A DNA stretch of 42,239 bases from Candidatus Binataceae bacterium (GTDB lineage Bacteria > Desulfobacterota > Binatia > Binatales > Binataceae), in assembly GCA_035500975.1 (NCBI GenBank), contig DATJWT010000078.1:1-42239 (forward strand). Direction: 5' to 3'. A program made the position numbers and the translations under genes. Under the pieces are notes generated by a model. The model saw only the letters and a program-made list of their open reading frames with translations, was not told the origin of the DNA and did no database searches. Positions 1 through 8,717 of this stretch are shown piece by piece. How positions within the stretch are numbered: position 1 is the first letter of the stretch; each line of letters opens with the position of its first letter.

Positions 1-457
1 AGCGGGCGTGGCGATTGGTAGGGAAGTGACGCTTGTGACGCCGCCGCACTCGATTCACGGTCAGGCGCTGCACGCGGCTCGCTTCCTTGAGCCGCAGACG
101 CAGCGGAGCGATACGGGCGCCACCCGTAGCGCCGGATACCAGCGCCTGCAGGCGCCATCGGAGCGCATCGCAGTCGATCCCGAGGGCATCGCAGACGTTT
201 TCGAAAGCTAGCGGGCACGCGCTCCGCTTGCTGAAGATCCAGGCCCACGCCTCATCGAACGCCGCGCGTTTGCGCGCGCTGCCGGCATGATGGAAGTCCT
301 GCACGATGTTTATCGCGTCGGCGAGGACGGCCAGCATCAGGCGCTGCTCGCTGGACAGCGAGCGAGTTCCGAACAACTCGAAGAACTGGCTGCGCAGAAT
401 TACGTCGGGGAAGGGACGTGCATCGGATGCGCTTGCGGTTGAGCCCTGTTGCAACAT
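1..457 (-). CDS. Hypothetical protein, 3'-truncated by the window edge (start ATG at 457)
   Basis: Manual reverse-strand translation from the ATG at 457 gives an open frame to position 1: MLQQGSTASASDARPFPDVILRSQFFELFGTRSLSSEQRLMLAVLADAINIVQDFHHAG... It is missing from the ORF track because it has no stop in the window. GC3-rich codons are consistent with coding. No family was recognised. Confidence 0.45.
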   Translation of the reverse strand, partial: MLQQGSTASASDARPFPDVILRSQFFELFGTRSLSSEQRLMLAVLADAINIVQDFHHAGSARKRAAFDEAWAWIFSKRSACPLAFENVCDALGIDCDALRWRLQALVSGATGGARIAPLRLRLKEASRVQRLTVNRVRRRHKRHFPTNRHAR

Positions 458-724
458 AACTAATCGGGTCCCGGCTAACAGTGTTTCTAATATATCAGAC
501 CACTATCACTAATCCTGATGCTCCGAAATTTAGTGCGCTCTTTCAGACTTTGCAAACGAATTTCACCTCGATACGCACAGGTTGGAGCACTTGACTCGGA
601 GCAACGGCGGATAGGTTCGGCGGGAAGGCATTTGCTATGATCAAGGACCGCGAAACGTTCCAGGCACAGGCCTCGAACCACTATCCTTAGTAAGGCGGCC
701 AAGTACGCCCCGGGGAGGACAGCA

Positions 725-1057
725 ATGGCAGATTTCTACGGCAAGGAAACCTCGAAGAACCTCCGCAAGCTGCGCCAGATGGCGCCTGACATGTTCAAGG
801 GCTTTCTCGATTTCGATGCGACCGTATTCAAGGACGGCGCGATTCCGAGCAAAACCAAGGAGCTGATGGCGATCACAGCCGCGCATGTGACGCAGTGCCC
901 CTGGTGTATCGAGGCGCACGTGTCGCGCGCGAAAGAGAAGGGATGCACCGACGAGGAGATCGCGGAAGCGGTGTGGGTAGCAGCGGCGATGCGCGCCGGG
1001 GCCGCGTTCAGCCACGGTGCAATCGCGATGGCAGTGACGGAAGAACACAAGCACTAA
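725..1057 (+). CDS. Carboxymuconolactone decarboxylase (AhpD-like) family protein with a CxxC motif
   Basis: 110 aa with the ...ELMAITAAHVTQCPWCIEAHV... pattern typical of CMD/AhpD-like peroxidase-related proteins. GGAGG RBS lies 6 nt upstream of the ATG. Confidence 0.75.
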   Translation: MADFYGKETSKNLRKLRQMAPDMFKGFLDFDATVFKDGAIPSKTKELMAITAAHVTQCPWCIEAHVSRAKEKGCTDEEIAEAVWVAAAMRAGAAFSHGAIAMAVTEEHKH

Positions 1058-1105
1058 ATCGCGACCTACTGGAACGCGCTTTGCGCGTCGGGCAGCATAG
1101 TCAGG

Positions 1106-2254
1106 ATGGAGCAGGCAGTAACGGGCCGTAAAACCCGCACAGTCGAGATCGGTCGAACCAGGGTCGGCGGCGACTCACCGGTCGTCGTTCAATCGATGTG
1201 TGCGACGCGCACGATCGACGTCGATCAAACTGTCGCGCAGGCGCATCAGCTCGCTAACGCGGGCGCGGGAATCGTCCGAATCGCGATGGACAGCGACAAG
1301 GAGATTCCGGCAATCAAGGAAATCCGCGCGCAGACCGGGGGCATCACGCTTTCGGTCGATCTGCAGGAGAACTACCGAATCGCGGACCGCGTCGCTCCAT
1401 ACGTCGACAAGATCCGCTACAACCCCGGCCACCTGCATCACATCGAGAAGAAGAAAACCATCGAGCAAAAGGTCGGATGGCTGGTCGAGGTCGCGCGCGA
1501 CAACAACCTGGCGATCCGAATCGGCGTGAACTGCGGCTCCGTGGCGCCGGCCTTCCTGGAGAAGTACCCGGGCGATCAGCTCAAGGCGATCGTCGAGTCG
1601 GCCGCGTATCACTGCGACCTGATGGATGACCTCGGCTTCACGCGCTTTGTCGTGTCGCTGAAGGACTCCGATCCACAGAAAGTAGTCGAGGCCAATCGCC
1701 GCTTCGCCGAGCGCAAGCCCGACGTGCCGATTCACCTGGGAGTTACCGAAGCCGGATTGCCGCCCGATGGGATCATCAAGACGCGCATCGCGTTTGAGAA
1801 GCTGCTCGCGCAGGGAATCGGCGAGACCATCCGCGTGTCTTTAACGCTGCCCAACGAGCGCAAGCACGAGGAAGTCGTCGTCGGTCACAAGATCATCGAG
1901 GACGTGCACGCCGGCAAGTTCATCTCGGTGCCTGAGTTCGGCAAGGGCCTGAATATCATCTCCTGCCCATCCTGTTCTCGTGTCGAGAACGAAAAGTTCG
2001 TCGAACTCGCGCAGCAGGTGAAGGAACTCACCGAGTACGCCGCGAAATACAAGATCACGATCGCCGTGATGGGCTGTCGGGTAAACGGCCCGGGCGAGAC
2101 CGACGATGCGGACCTCGGCCTATGGTGCGGTCCGACCACCGTCAATCTCAAGAAGAAAGACAAGAAGGTCGGGTTCTTCAGCTACGACGACGTGCTCCCG
2201 CGCCTGCGCAAGGAACTCGATCAACTGATCGCTGCTCAGTCGGTCAGCAACTGA
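1106..2254 (+). CDS. ispG: 4-hydroxy-3-methylbut-2-en-1-yl diphosphate synthase (MEP pathway)
   Basis: 382 aa with the GcpE hallmarks [17 protein letters not shown] and RINPGN-like IRYNPGH. The C-terminal Cys ligands are ISCPSCSR ... [11 protein letters not shown]. Confidence 0.93.
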   Translation: MEQAVTGRKTRTVEIGRTRVGGDSPVVVQSMCATRTIDVDQTVAQAHQLANAGAGIVRIAMDSDKEIPAIKEIRAQTGGITLSVDLQENYRIADRVAPYVDKIRYNPGHLHHIEKKKTIEQKVGWLVEVARDNNLAIRIGVNCGSVAPAFLEKYPGDQLKAIVESAAYHCDLMDDLGFTRFVVSLKDSDPQKVVEANRRFAERKPDVPIHLGVTEAGLPPDGIIKTRIAFEKLLAQGIGETIRVSLTLPNERKHEEVVVGHKIIEDVHAGKFISVPEFGKGLNIISCPSCSRVENEKFVELAQQVKELTEYAAKYKITIAVMGCRVNGPGETDDADLGLWCGPTTVNLKKKDKKVGFFSYDDVLPRLRKELDQLIAAQSVSN

Positions 2255-2256
2255 CA

Positions 2257-2331
2257 GAAATCCGCAGATTTTACAGATTGCGCAGATTCAAAATTTCTGA
2301 ATCCGTGAAATCCGCGTAATCTGCGGATTTC
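2257..2331. repeat. Nested inverted-repeat element between convergent ispG and purN; probably a bidirectional terminator or REP-like element
   Basis: A perfect 14-bp inverted repeat, GAAATCCGCAGATT (2257-2270) and AATCTGCGGATTTC (2318-2331), encloses an inner GATTCA(2284-2289)/TGAATC(2297-2302) hairpin. The element is built from reiterated (C/G)CAGATT / AATCCG(C/T)G units. Confidence 0.55.
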
Positions 2332-2937
2332 CTATTGCTGCTCTAACCTGATTTCGCCGCTGGCAATTCTTGCCAGCGTTTCGGGATACAGCGTGTGCTC
2401 GACTTCGAGTATTCGCGCGGCGAGTGATTCGGCCGTGTCGTTGGGAAGCACCGGGAGCTTGCGCTGCGCAAGAATCGGGCCCTGGTCGTATTCCTCGGTT
2501 ACGAGATGAATCGTTACGCCCGATTCCTTCTCGCCCGCCGCGATTACGGCTTCGTGCACATGACGCCCATACATCCCGGCGCCGCCGAACTTCGGCAGCA
2601 GCGCGGGATGGATATTCAGCACGCGTCCGCGGTACTGCGAGAGCGTGCGCGGGCCGAGTTTGCGCATGTAGCCTGCCAGCACGATCAGATTCACGCCGTG
2701 CTCGCGCAGGGCTTCGAGCATCGCGGTGTCCAGCTCTTCGGGCGATGGATGAGTGCGGGAACTGAGATGGCGCGTTGCGATTCCGGCGCGGCGGGCGCGC
2801 TCCATCACCTGCGCATCGGAGTTGTTGCAGATGACCACGCATGGGGTCGCGTCGAGCCTGCCCGAACGGCACGCATCGATGATCGCCTGCACGTTGCTGC
2901 CGCCGTGCGAAGCGAAAAATCCGAGGCGTAGTTTCAT
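2332..2937 (-). CDS. purN: Phosphoribosylglycinamide formyltransferase
   Basis: The start was chosen at the internal ATG (2937), giving MKLRLGFFASHGGSNVQAIIDA... It shows the typical PurN motifs: GSN, VLAGYMR, NIHPALLPKFGG and HxV...D.G. The upstream extension to 3048 has no PurN counterpart. Confidence 0.9.
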   Translation of the reverse strand: MKLRLGFFASHGGSNVQAIIDACRSGRLDATPCVVICNNSDAQVMERARRAGIATRHLSSRTHPSPEELDTAMLEALREHGVNLIVLAGYMRKLGPRTLSQYRGRVLNIHPALLPKFGGAGMYGRHVHEAVIAAGEKESGVTIHLVTEEYDQGPILAQRKLPVLPNDTAESLAARILEVEHTLYPETLARIASGEIRLEQQ

Positions 2938-3116
2938 CTTCCTTTCTTCTAGCAAGTAACGCGTCTCGCGGAGAGTGCTTGCCATCGCTAGCGGACCCGA
3001 TCGAAGGCCTTTTCGACACGAGCTTGCGAATAGGCGCGCGACCCTCATCCGGTGCGCAGCGCGACAGAGGATCCATTCGTCGCGATGCTCCTCAGGACGG
3101 CTCGCTAGCGCGCCGC

Positions 3117-3135
3117 CTTCTCCCTCCGGGAGAAG
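3117..3135. terminator. Short GC-poor hairpin just downstream of folK
   Basis: CTTCTCCC (3117-3124) and GGGAGAAG (3128-3135) form a perfect 8-bp stem with a 3-nt loop, 18 nt after the folK stop. There is no clear U-tract. Confidence 0.3.
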
Positions 3136-3152
3136 AACTGCCCCGCTTATTT

Positions 3153-3701
3153 CTAGTGGGCGGCTTCCCGTTTGGGAGCCGGGCGTAAGAGATCGGCGCG
3201 GGCGAGAGTAACGCGGAACGGCGACTTGAGCGCCGCCATCATCTCGGAAATCGACTTGTTGAGCTTGGGATGAATCAGCGTCGGCGCGAGCTCGCTCATC
3301 GGGGCGAGCACGAAGAGCCGCTCCTGCAGCCGCGGATGAGGGATCGTGACGGTGCGGGTATCGATGGTCTCCTTGTTGAAGAACAGCAGATCGAGGTCGA
3401 TGACGCGCGGGCGGTACTTGCCGCGCGTCGGCTTGCGGCCGCGCACGCGCTTGCGGCCCATGATGCGCTCGATGCCGAGCAGCCGGCGCATCAACACGTC
3501 CGCGCCGATGTCGGTTTCGACTTCGATGACGCCGTTCAGGAATGCGCCCTTGAGATCGCCGACCGGCTCGGTCTCATAGATCGACGACTGACGCACGACC
3601 CGCGTCTGGGGTATCTGAGCGATACGCTGAATCGCCTCGCGATAATTGGCGGCCCGATCGCCCAGATTACTGCCTATTCCAATGAAAGCCCTATTGGGCA
3701 T
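3153..3701 (-). CDS. folK: 2-amino-4-hydroxy-6-hydroxymethyldihydropteridine pyrophosphokinase (HPPK)
   Basis: The N-terminus AFIGIGSNLGDR ... SSIYETEPVG ... FLN ... RWGPR-like region ... DLDLL ... LTIPHPR follows the canonical HPPK motif order. Confidence 0.88.
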   Translation of the reverse strand: MPNRAFIGIGSNLGDRAANYREAIQRIAQIPQTRVVRQSSIYETEPVGDLKGAFLNGVIEVETDIGADVLMRRLLGIERIMGRKRVRGRKPTRGKYRPRVIDLDLLFFNKETIDTRTVTIPHPRLQERLFVLAPMSELAPTLIHPKLNKSISEMMAALKSPFRVTLARADLLRPAPKREAAH

Positions 3702-3708
3702 CCTGCCG

Positions 3709-4878
3709 TTACAGCCGAAGCGCCTTAATCCTTGCCACTGCCTCGTTTAGTCGTTCGCTTGGCACGGTCAACGAAAAGCGAACGAACCCCTCACCACCCT
3801 TGCCAAATCCGGAGCCGGGCGTGATGACTACTCCCGCCTCCTTGAGCACGCGCTCGGTAAACGACACCGAACTATAGCCTTTGGGAACATCAGCCCAGAT
3901 GTAGAACGTTGCGCGCGGGGACATGCAGGTGATGCCGATCCCGCGCAGCGCGTTCACCAGCAGATCGCGTCGCTCCTTGTAGATCGCGCAATACTCGCTG
4001 AGCTTGTCGCCGTCGCCGCCCTCGAGCGCGGTGATCGCGGCTTCCTGGACTGCCTGGAATACGCCGGAATCGAAATTGGTTTTGACTTTGCCGAGAGCGC
4101 CCACCAGTTGGGCGTTCCCGAGAACGAAACCAACCCGCCATCCGGTCATCGAGAAGGTCTTCGAGAGCGAATGAAACTCGACCGCGCACTCGCGCGAGCC
4201 TTCGACTTCGAACACGCTGGGGGCGCGATAACCGTCGTATGCGATCTCGGAGTACGCGTTATCGTGGGCGAGAATAATGTTGTGCTTGAGGCAGAACTTG
4301 ACCGCCTTCTCGAAGAACGAACGATCGACCGTGGCTCCGGTGGGATTATTCGGATAGTTGAGCCACATGAGCTTGGCGCGCCTGGCGACTTCGTCCGGGA
4401 TGGCGTCGAGATCGGGAACGAAGCCGTTCTCCTTCTTGAGCACCATGAAGTACGGCTCGCCGCCGTTGAAAACGCATCCGGAGAAATAGACCGGGTAGCC
4501 GGGGTCGGGGATAAGCACTATGTCGCCGGGGTCGACGACAGCGGTTGAAAAATTGGCGATGCCCTCTTTGGAGCCAATCAGGGCGCAGACTTCCTTCTGA
4601 GGATCGAACTTTGGCCCGAAACGTCGGGCGTACCAATCCGCCGATGCGCGTCGGAATGATTCCAGACCTTCGTAGTCGGGATATCGATGATTCGCTGGCG
4701 TCATCGCGGCGCGCCGGACACTTTCTACAATATGTTGTGGGGTAGGTAGGTCTGGGTCCCCAATACCAAGGCTAATGACGTCCACGCCCTTGGCCTGAAC
4801 TTCCTTTTTCAGCCGGTCCAGTTCGGCGAAAAGGTACGGCGGCAGAAGCGTCAAGCGTGTGGCAGTCTTGAGTGGCAC
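3709..4878 (-). CDS. dapL: LL-diaminopimelate aminotransferase-type class I aminotransferase
   Basis: 389 aa. The N-terminus LPPYLFAELDRLKKEVQAKGVDVISLGIGDPDLPTP is typical of DapL-type enzymes. The PLP-lysine context SLSKTFSMTGWRVG is present. It lies 7 nt upstream of folK on the same strand. Confidence 0.72.
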   Translation of the reverse strand: MPLKTATRLTLLPPYLFAELDRLKKEVQAKGVDVISLGIGDPDLPTPQHIVESVRRAAMTPANHRYPDYEGLESFRRASADWYARRFGPKFDPQKEVCALIGSKEGIANFSTAVVDPGDIVLIPDPGYPVYFSGCVFNGGEPYFMVLKKENGFVPDLDAIPDEVARRAKLMWLNYPNNPTGATVDRSFFEKAVKFCLKHNIILAHDNAYSEIAYDGYRAPSVFEVEGSRECAVEFHSLSKTFSMTGWRVGFVLGNAQLVGALGKVKTNFDSGVFQAVQEAAITALEGGDGDKLSEYCAIYKERRDLLVNALRGIGITCMSPRATFYIWADVPKGYSSVSFTERVLKEAGVVITPGSGFGKGGEGFVRFSLTVPSERLNEAVARIKALRL

Positions 4879-5147
4879 CTTACCGGCAAAACCTCAGAAA
4901 ACACAGAATAACTTCGTAAGTAACACACTTTGAAGGGCTCCGAAACTTCCCTTCCTCCCGATTTCCCACAATCGATGCCGAAATCCACAGATGGCAGATC
5001 CGCCGGGTTGAGCTAGTCCGGCTGCCGAAGCCATCTAATTACTGGGCTCGTTTCAGTGTCGTTGCGGACTGCCATTAGCATTTCTCAATTGACTGCCACC
5101 GTTACTTAAGACATTTTTAGAGGCCGAAGCTGGAAGTCCGCGCGCGA

Positions 5148-5161
5148 TTGATCATAATCAG
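5148..5161 (+). promoter_or_regulatory. Candidate CRP/FNR-family binding box upstream of actA
   Basis: TTGAT-CATA-ATCAG matches 9 of 10 positions of the TTGAT-N4-ATCAA consensus. It is centred about 143 nt upstream of the actA ATG, in a 419-bp intergenic region. Confidence 0.3.
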
Positions 5162-5297
5162 GACTCGGGCCTAGTTTCCCTGAGAATAATCGGGCGCGCG
5201 CAGCCTTCTGGCATAGAGAGCTTGAAAGGCTCCGACTGCTGCGCGGCTCATCCGTCGGACTCCGCGTGCGGCCGCTGTTTGACCGCTTGATGCCGAG

Positions 5298-5810
5298 ATG
5301 AACCGGATACTTCTGCCCCTTGCGGCTGTCCTGCTGATCCTTGGAGCCGGCGCAATCGCCGTCTCGGAGCGCCCGTGGGCCCCGCGTGCGGATGTCGTCC
5401 AGCCGGTGCCGTTCAGCCATCGCGTCCACGCCGGCGTCAACAAGATTCCCTGCCAGTACTGCCACGAGTATGCGCGCCGTTCAGAAAACTCTGGCGTGCC
5501 GCCCATCGCGCGATGCGTCGGATGCCACGGCAGTGGAGTAACCGGGGGCATCCAGCCCGTCACACGCGCGTGGAACGATCACGAACAGCCGCCGTTCGAG
5601 ATTCGATGGAACAGGGTGTACACGCTCCCTGACTTTGTGAAGTTCACGCATCGCCCGCACATCCATGCCGGGGTGGCGTGCCAGCAATGTCACGGTCCGG
5701 TCGAAACGATGGACCGGGTGGTGCCGGTGAAGGAAATCAACATGGGCTTCTGCGTGGAATGCCACACGCAGCGCAACGCGACGCTGGACTGCGTCGATTG
5801 TCATCATTGA
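5298..5810 (+). CDS. actA: Alternative Complex III subunit ActA, membrane-anchored pentahaem cytochrome c
   Basis: 170 aa with an N-terminal hydrophobic anchor and five CxxCH motifs: CQYCH, CVGCH, CQQCH, CVECH and CVDCH. It is the first gene of the act cluster. Confidence 0.85.
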   Translation: MNRILLPLAAVLLILGAGAIAVSERPWAPRADVVQPVPFSHRVHAGVNKIPCQYCHEYARRSENSGVPPIARCVGCHGSGVTGGIQPVTRAWNDHEQPPFEIRWNRVYTLPDFVKFTHRPHIHAGVACQQCHGPVETMDRVVPVKEINMGFCVECHTQRNATLDCVDCHH

Positions 5811-5822
5811 GCGAGGAACGCG

Positions 5823-8717
5823 ATGCCTGAGGGCCTGTCCAGGCGATCTTTCATAAAACTCGCCGCCACTGCGGGAGCGGCGGCAGCGGTTCCCGGATGC
5901 GAACCGGCATCGCGCAAGCTCATCCCGTACGTCGTTCCCGACGAGAACGTGACTCCGGGAATGCCGACGTACTATGCGTCAACTTGCGCGGAATGCGGCG
6001 CCGGATGCGGCATCGTGGCGACGGTACGCGAGGGGCGGGTTACCAAGCTCGAGGGCAATCCGGTCGACCCGATCAGCGCCGGATCGATCTGCGCGCGCGG
6101 CCAAGCCGCGCTGCAGGGCCTCTACAATCCCGATCGCCTCGCGTACCCGATGCTGCGCGGCGATGGCGGCACGCTCACCAGAATTTCGTGGGATGAGGCT
6201 ACGCGGCTGCTGAACGATCATCTGGGCAAAGCCGCGAAAGCCGGCAAGGATCGCGTAGCTTTCTTTTCCCCGCCGCGCGGACCCGCCTTCACCAGCATCG
6301 TAAGCACCTTTCTGTCTGCGCACGGGTCGAGCCGCGCGATCTACTATGAGTCACTCTCCACGGAGTCCCGGCGTGCCGCGGGCAAGACCGTGTTTGGGCG
6401 GCGCGATCTGCCGGTCTACCGCATCGACCAGGCCGATACGCTCATCTCCTTCGGATCCGACTTCCTCGAAACCGGAGATTCCCCGGTCGAATACGCACGC
6501 CAGTTCGCGACGTTTCGGACTCCGCGGCAGCATCGAAACGGCCTCGACTACGGCCGATCGTTTTATGTTGGCCCGCGGATGAGCATGACCGCGGGCAAAT
6601 GCGATCGATGGATTCCGGCGGCGCCCGGAAGCGAAGCGCAGATCGCATGGAGCATCCTGCACGTGCTGATCGCGCAGCGCTGGGTATCGCAAAACTCGGG
6701 AGTCGATCTCAATGTCCTGACCACGATAGTTGCGGCGTACGATCCTGCATCGGTGAGCCAGCGCACCGGCGTGCCCGCCGAAACCATCGTCGCGATGGCG
6801 GATGCCTTCGGGCGCTCGGACAGCGCGATCGCGTTGTCGGGCGGCGATGACGAGGTCCTGCACACCGCTGCGTATGTGCTGAATGCGGTGACCGGCAATC
6901 TCGACCGCACTCTCGTGTTCCAGGCCCCCGCGCTTCCCGAGAACGCGACTCCGCCGGATGACGTCGCCGAAGCAATGACCGCGATGCGTGACGGCAAAGT
7001 CGACGTGCTCGTGATCGAAGGCGCGAATCCGATGTTCACGATGCCGCCCGCGCTGCGCGCGGTGGAGTCGCTGCAGAAGGTTCCCTTCGTGGTGTGGTGC
7101 GGGGGAGTGCCCGATGAAACTGCGCTGATGGCCAACCTGCTGCTACCGGTTCATCATCCGCTTGAAGCCTGGCGCGATACAGCGCCCCGCGCCGGCGTGC
7201 GCGGCCTCGGGCAGCCGGTCATGCAACCGGTGTTCGCCTCGCGCGCCACCGGCGACATCCTGCTGGCGGCGGCACGTGCCGCGGACGCATCGAATCTGCC
7301 GGGCAAGACCACCCAGGATGTCGTTAAGGCTCAGTGGCTGGCGATGGCTTCCCAGGCAGGTGGGTCACCGGAGGAATTCTGGACTAAGGCTCGCCGGGAA
7401 GGCGGATTTTTTACCGATCCGAAAGTTGCAGCCGTCAAATTGAACATCGCGGGATTGCAGACTCCCGCTCCATCGGAAGCGGCGCAGGAACTGACGTTGC
7501 TGACCTACCCGCACATCTTCCTCTACGACGGCGATGGCGCGGACAAACCGTGGCTCCAGGAAATTCCGGAACCGATCACGCAGATCGTATGGGACAACTG
7601 GGCGGAGATTCATCCTGGCACCGCCGCGAAGCTGGGCATCGTCAAAGATCAGATTGTCGAACTGCGCACCGAGCATGGCGTTATCTCCGCGCCCGCGCTG
7701 CTTTCGACCAGGGTACATCCGGGCGCGGTCGCGGTGCCGCTCGGGCAGGGACATCGATCGTACGGCCGCTATGCGAAAGACCGCGGCTCGAATCCATGGG
7801 AAGTAATCGAGCCCGGTTCGCTGCACATCGCGGTAAAGTTGAATCCGACGAGCGCCAGCCGCGAACTCATCTCGCCGCTCGGCAAGAGCGAGACGTTGGG
7901 ACGTTCGATCGTCGAGGCGATGAGTATCGAACAGCTTGCCGGCGGCGGCACAGCCGAAAAACCTGAGGCGCCCGAACCGTACGAGATGTACGCGCAGTAC
8001 GACTACAAGCATCAGTGGGGCATGACGATCGACGTCAACGCCTGCACCGGATGCAGCGCGTGCGTGGCGGCCTGTTACGCCGAGAACAACGTGCCGGTAG
8101 TGGGCAAAGACGTGGTTAGCCAGGGGCGAATCATGTCCTGGATTCGCATCGAGCGCTACTACCCCGCCGAGAACGAGCCGGGGCCGAGCGTCTATCTCTC
8201 CCCGATGCTGTGCCAGCAGTGCAATCACGCGCCCTGTGAGCCGGTCTGCCCGGTGTTCGCGTCCTATCACACCAAGGAGGGCCTCAACGGGCAGGTCTAC
8301 AATCGCTGCGTCGGTACGCGGTATTGCGAGAACAACTGTCCCTACAAGGTCCGGCGCTTCAACTACTTCGAGCCCGAATGGCCGTCGCCGCTCGACCTGC
8401 AGCTCAATCCCGATGTGACCGCGCGCGGTGCGGGTGTGATGGAGAAGTGCACCTTCTGCATCCAGCGAATCCAGCACGCGGAGATTACGGCACAAATCGA
8501 AGAGCGGCCGCTGCGCGACGGCGAGATCGTCACCGCATGCGCGCAGGCGTGCCCGGCCAAGGCGATTAGTTTTGGCGATATGAAGGACGAGCAGAGCGCG
8601 ATGATGCGGCGGCGGGTCGATAATCAGCTGCGCGACTATCGTTCGCTCGAGGAGCTGAATACGCAGCCGGCAATCGTCTACCTGCGCGACCTGTATCGCG
8701 GGAAGGGGAAGGCGTAA
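5823..8717 (+). CDS. actB: Alternative Complex III subunit ActB (molybdopterin-oxidoreductase-like domain fused to a 4Fe-4S ferredoxin domain)
   Basis: 964 aa with a twin-arginine signal (SRRSFIKLAATAGAAAA). The N-terminal Cys cluster is CAECGAGCG...C. The C-terminal polyferredoxin motifs are CTGCSACVAAC, CQQCNHAPCEPVCP, CVGTRYCENNCP and CTFC...C..ACP. Confidence 0.9.
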   Translation: MPEGLSRRSFIKLAATAGAAAAVPGCEPASRKLIPYVVPDENVTPGMPTYYASTCAECGAGCGIVATVREGRVTKLEGNPVDPISAGSICARGQAALQGLYNPDRLAYPMLRGDGGTLTRISWDEATRLLNDHLGKAAKAGKDRVAFFSPPRGPAFTSIVSTFLSAHGSSRAIYYESLSTESRRAAGKTVFGRRDLPVYRIDQADTLISFGSDFLETGDSPVEYARQFATFRTPRQHRNGLDYGRSFYVGPRMSMTAGKCDRWIPAAPGSEAQIAWSILHVLIAQRWVSQNSGVDLNVLTTIVAAYDPASVSQRTGVPAETIVAMADAFGRSDSAIALSGGDDEVLHTAAYVLNAVTGNLDRTLVFQAPALPENATPPDDVAEAMTAMRDGKVDVLVIEGANPMFTMPPALRAVESLQKVPFVVWCGGVPDETALMANLLLPVHHPLEAWRDTAPRAGVRGLGQPVMQPVFASRATGDILLAAARAADASNLPGKTTQDVVKAQWLAMASQAGGSPEEFWTKARREGGFFTDPKVAAVKLNIAGLQTPAPSEAAQELTLLTYPHIFLYDGDGADKPWLQEIPEPITQIVWDNWAEIHPGTAAKLGIVKDQIVELRTEHGVISAPALLSTRVHPGAVAVPLGQGHRSYGRYAKDRGSNPWEVIEPGSLHIAVKLNPTSASRELISPLGKSETLGRSIVEAMSIEQLAGGGTAEKPEAPEPYEMYAQYDYKHQWGMTIDVNACTGCSACVAACYAENNVPVVGKDVVSQGRIMSWIRIERYYPAENEPGPSVYLSPMLCQQCNHAPCEPVCPVFASYHTKEGLNGQVYNRCVGTRYCENNCPYKVRRFNYFEPEWPSPLDLQLNPDVTARGAGVMEKCTFCIQRIQHAEITAQIEERPLRDGEIVTACAQACPAKAISFGDMKDEQSAMMRRRVDNQLRDYRSLEELNTQPAIVYLRDLYRGKGKA

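Noticed and set aside
2288-3076. 262-aa minus-strand ORF overlapping purN
   Set aside because: It is an alternative frame of the purN locus with an Arg/Ala/Pro-rich product. The PurN frame has canonical motifs.
2938-3152. Possible ZTP/pfl or other purine-related riboswitch in the 215-nt purN leader
   Set aside because: The minus-strand leader contains GGGTCGCG, which resembles the ZTP 5' sub-domain. The obligatory 3' CCGCCTGGGC pseudoknot partner is absent, and no convincing conserved fold was seen.
5089-5117. TTGACT -35-like hexamer upstream of actA
   Set aside because: No acceptable -10 hexamer lies at 16-18 nt spacing (CATTTT at best), so the promoter cannot be supported from sequence alone.
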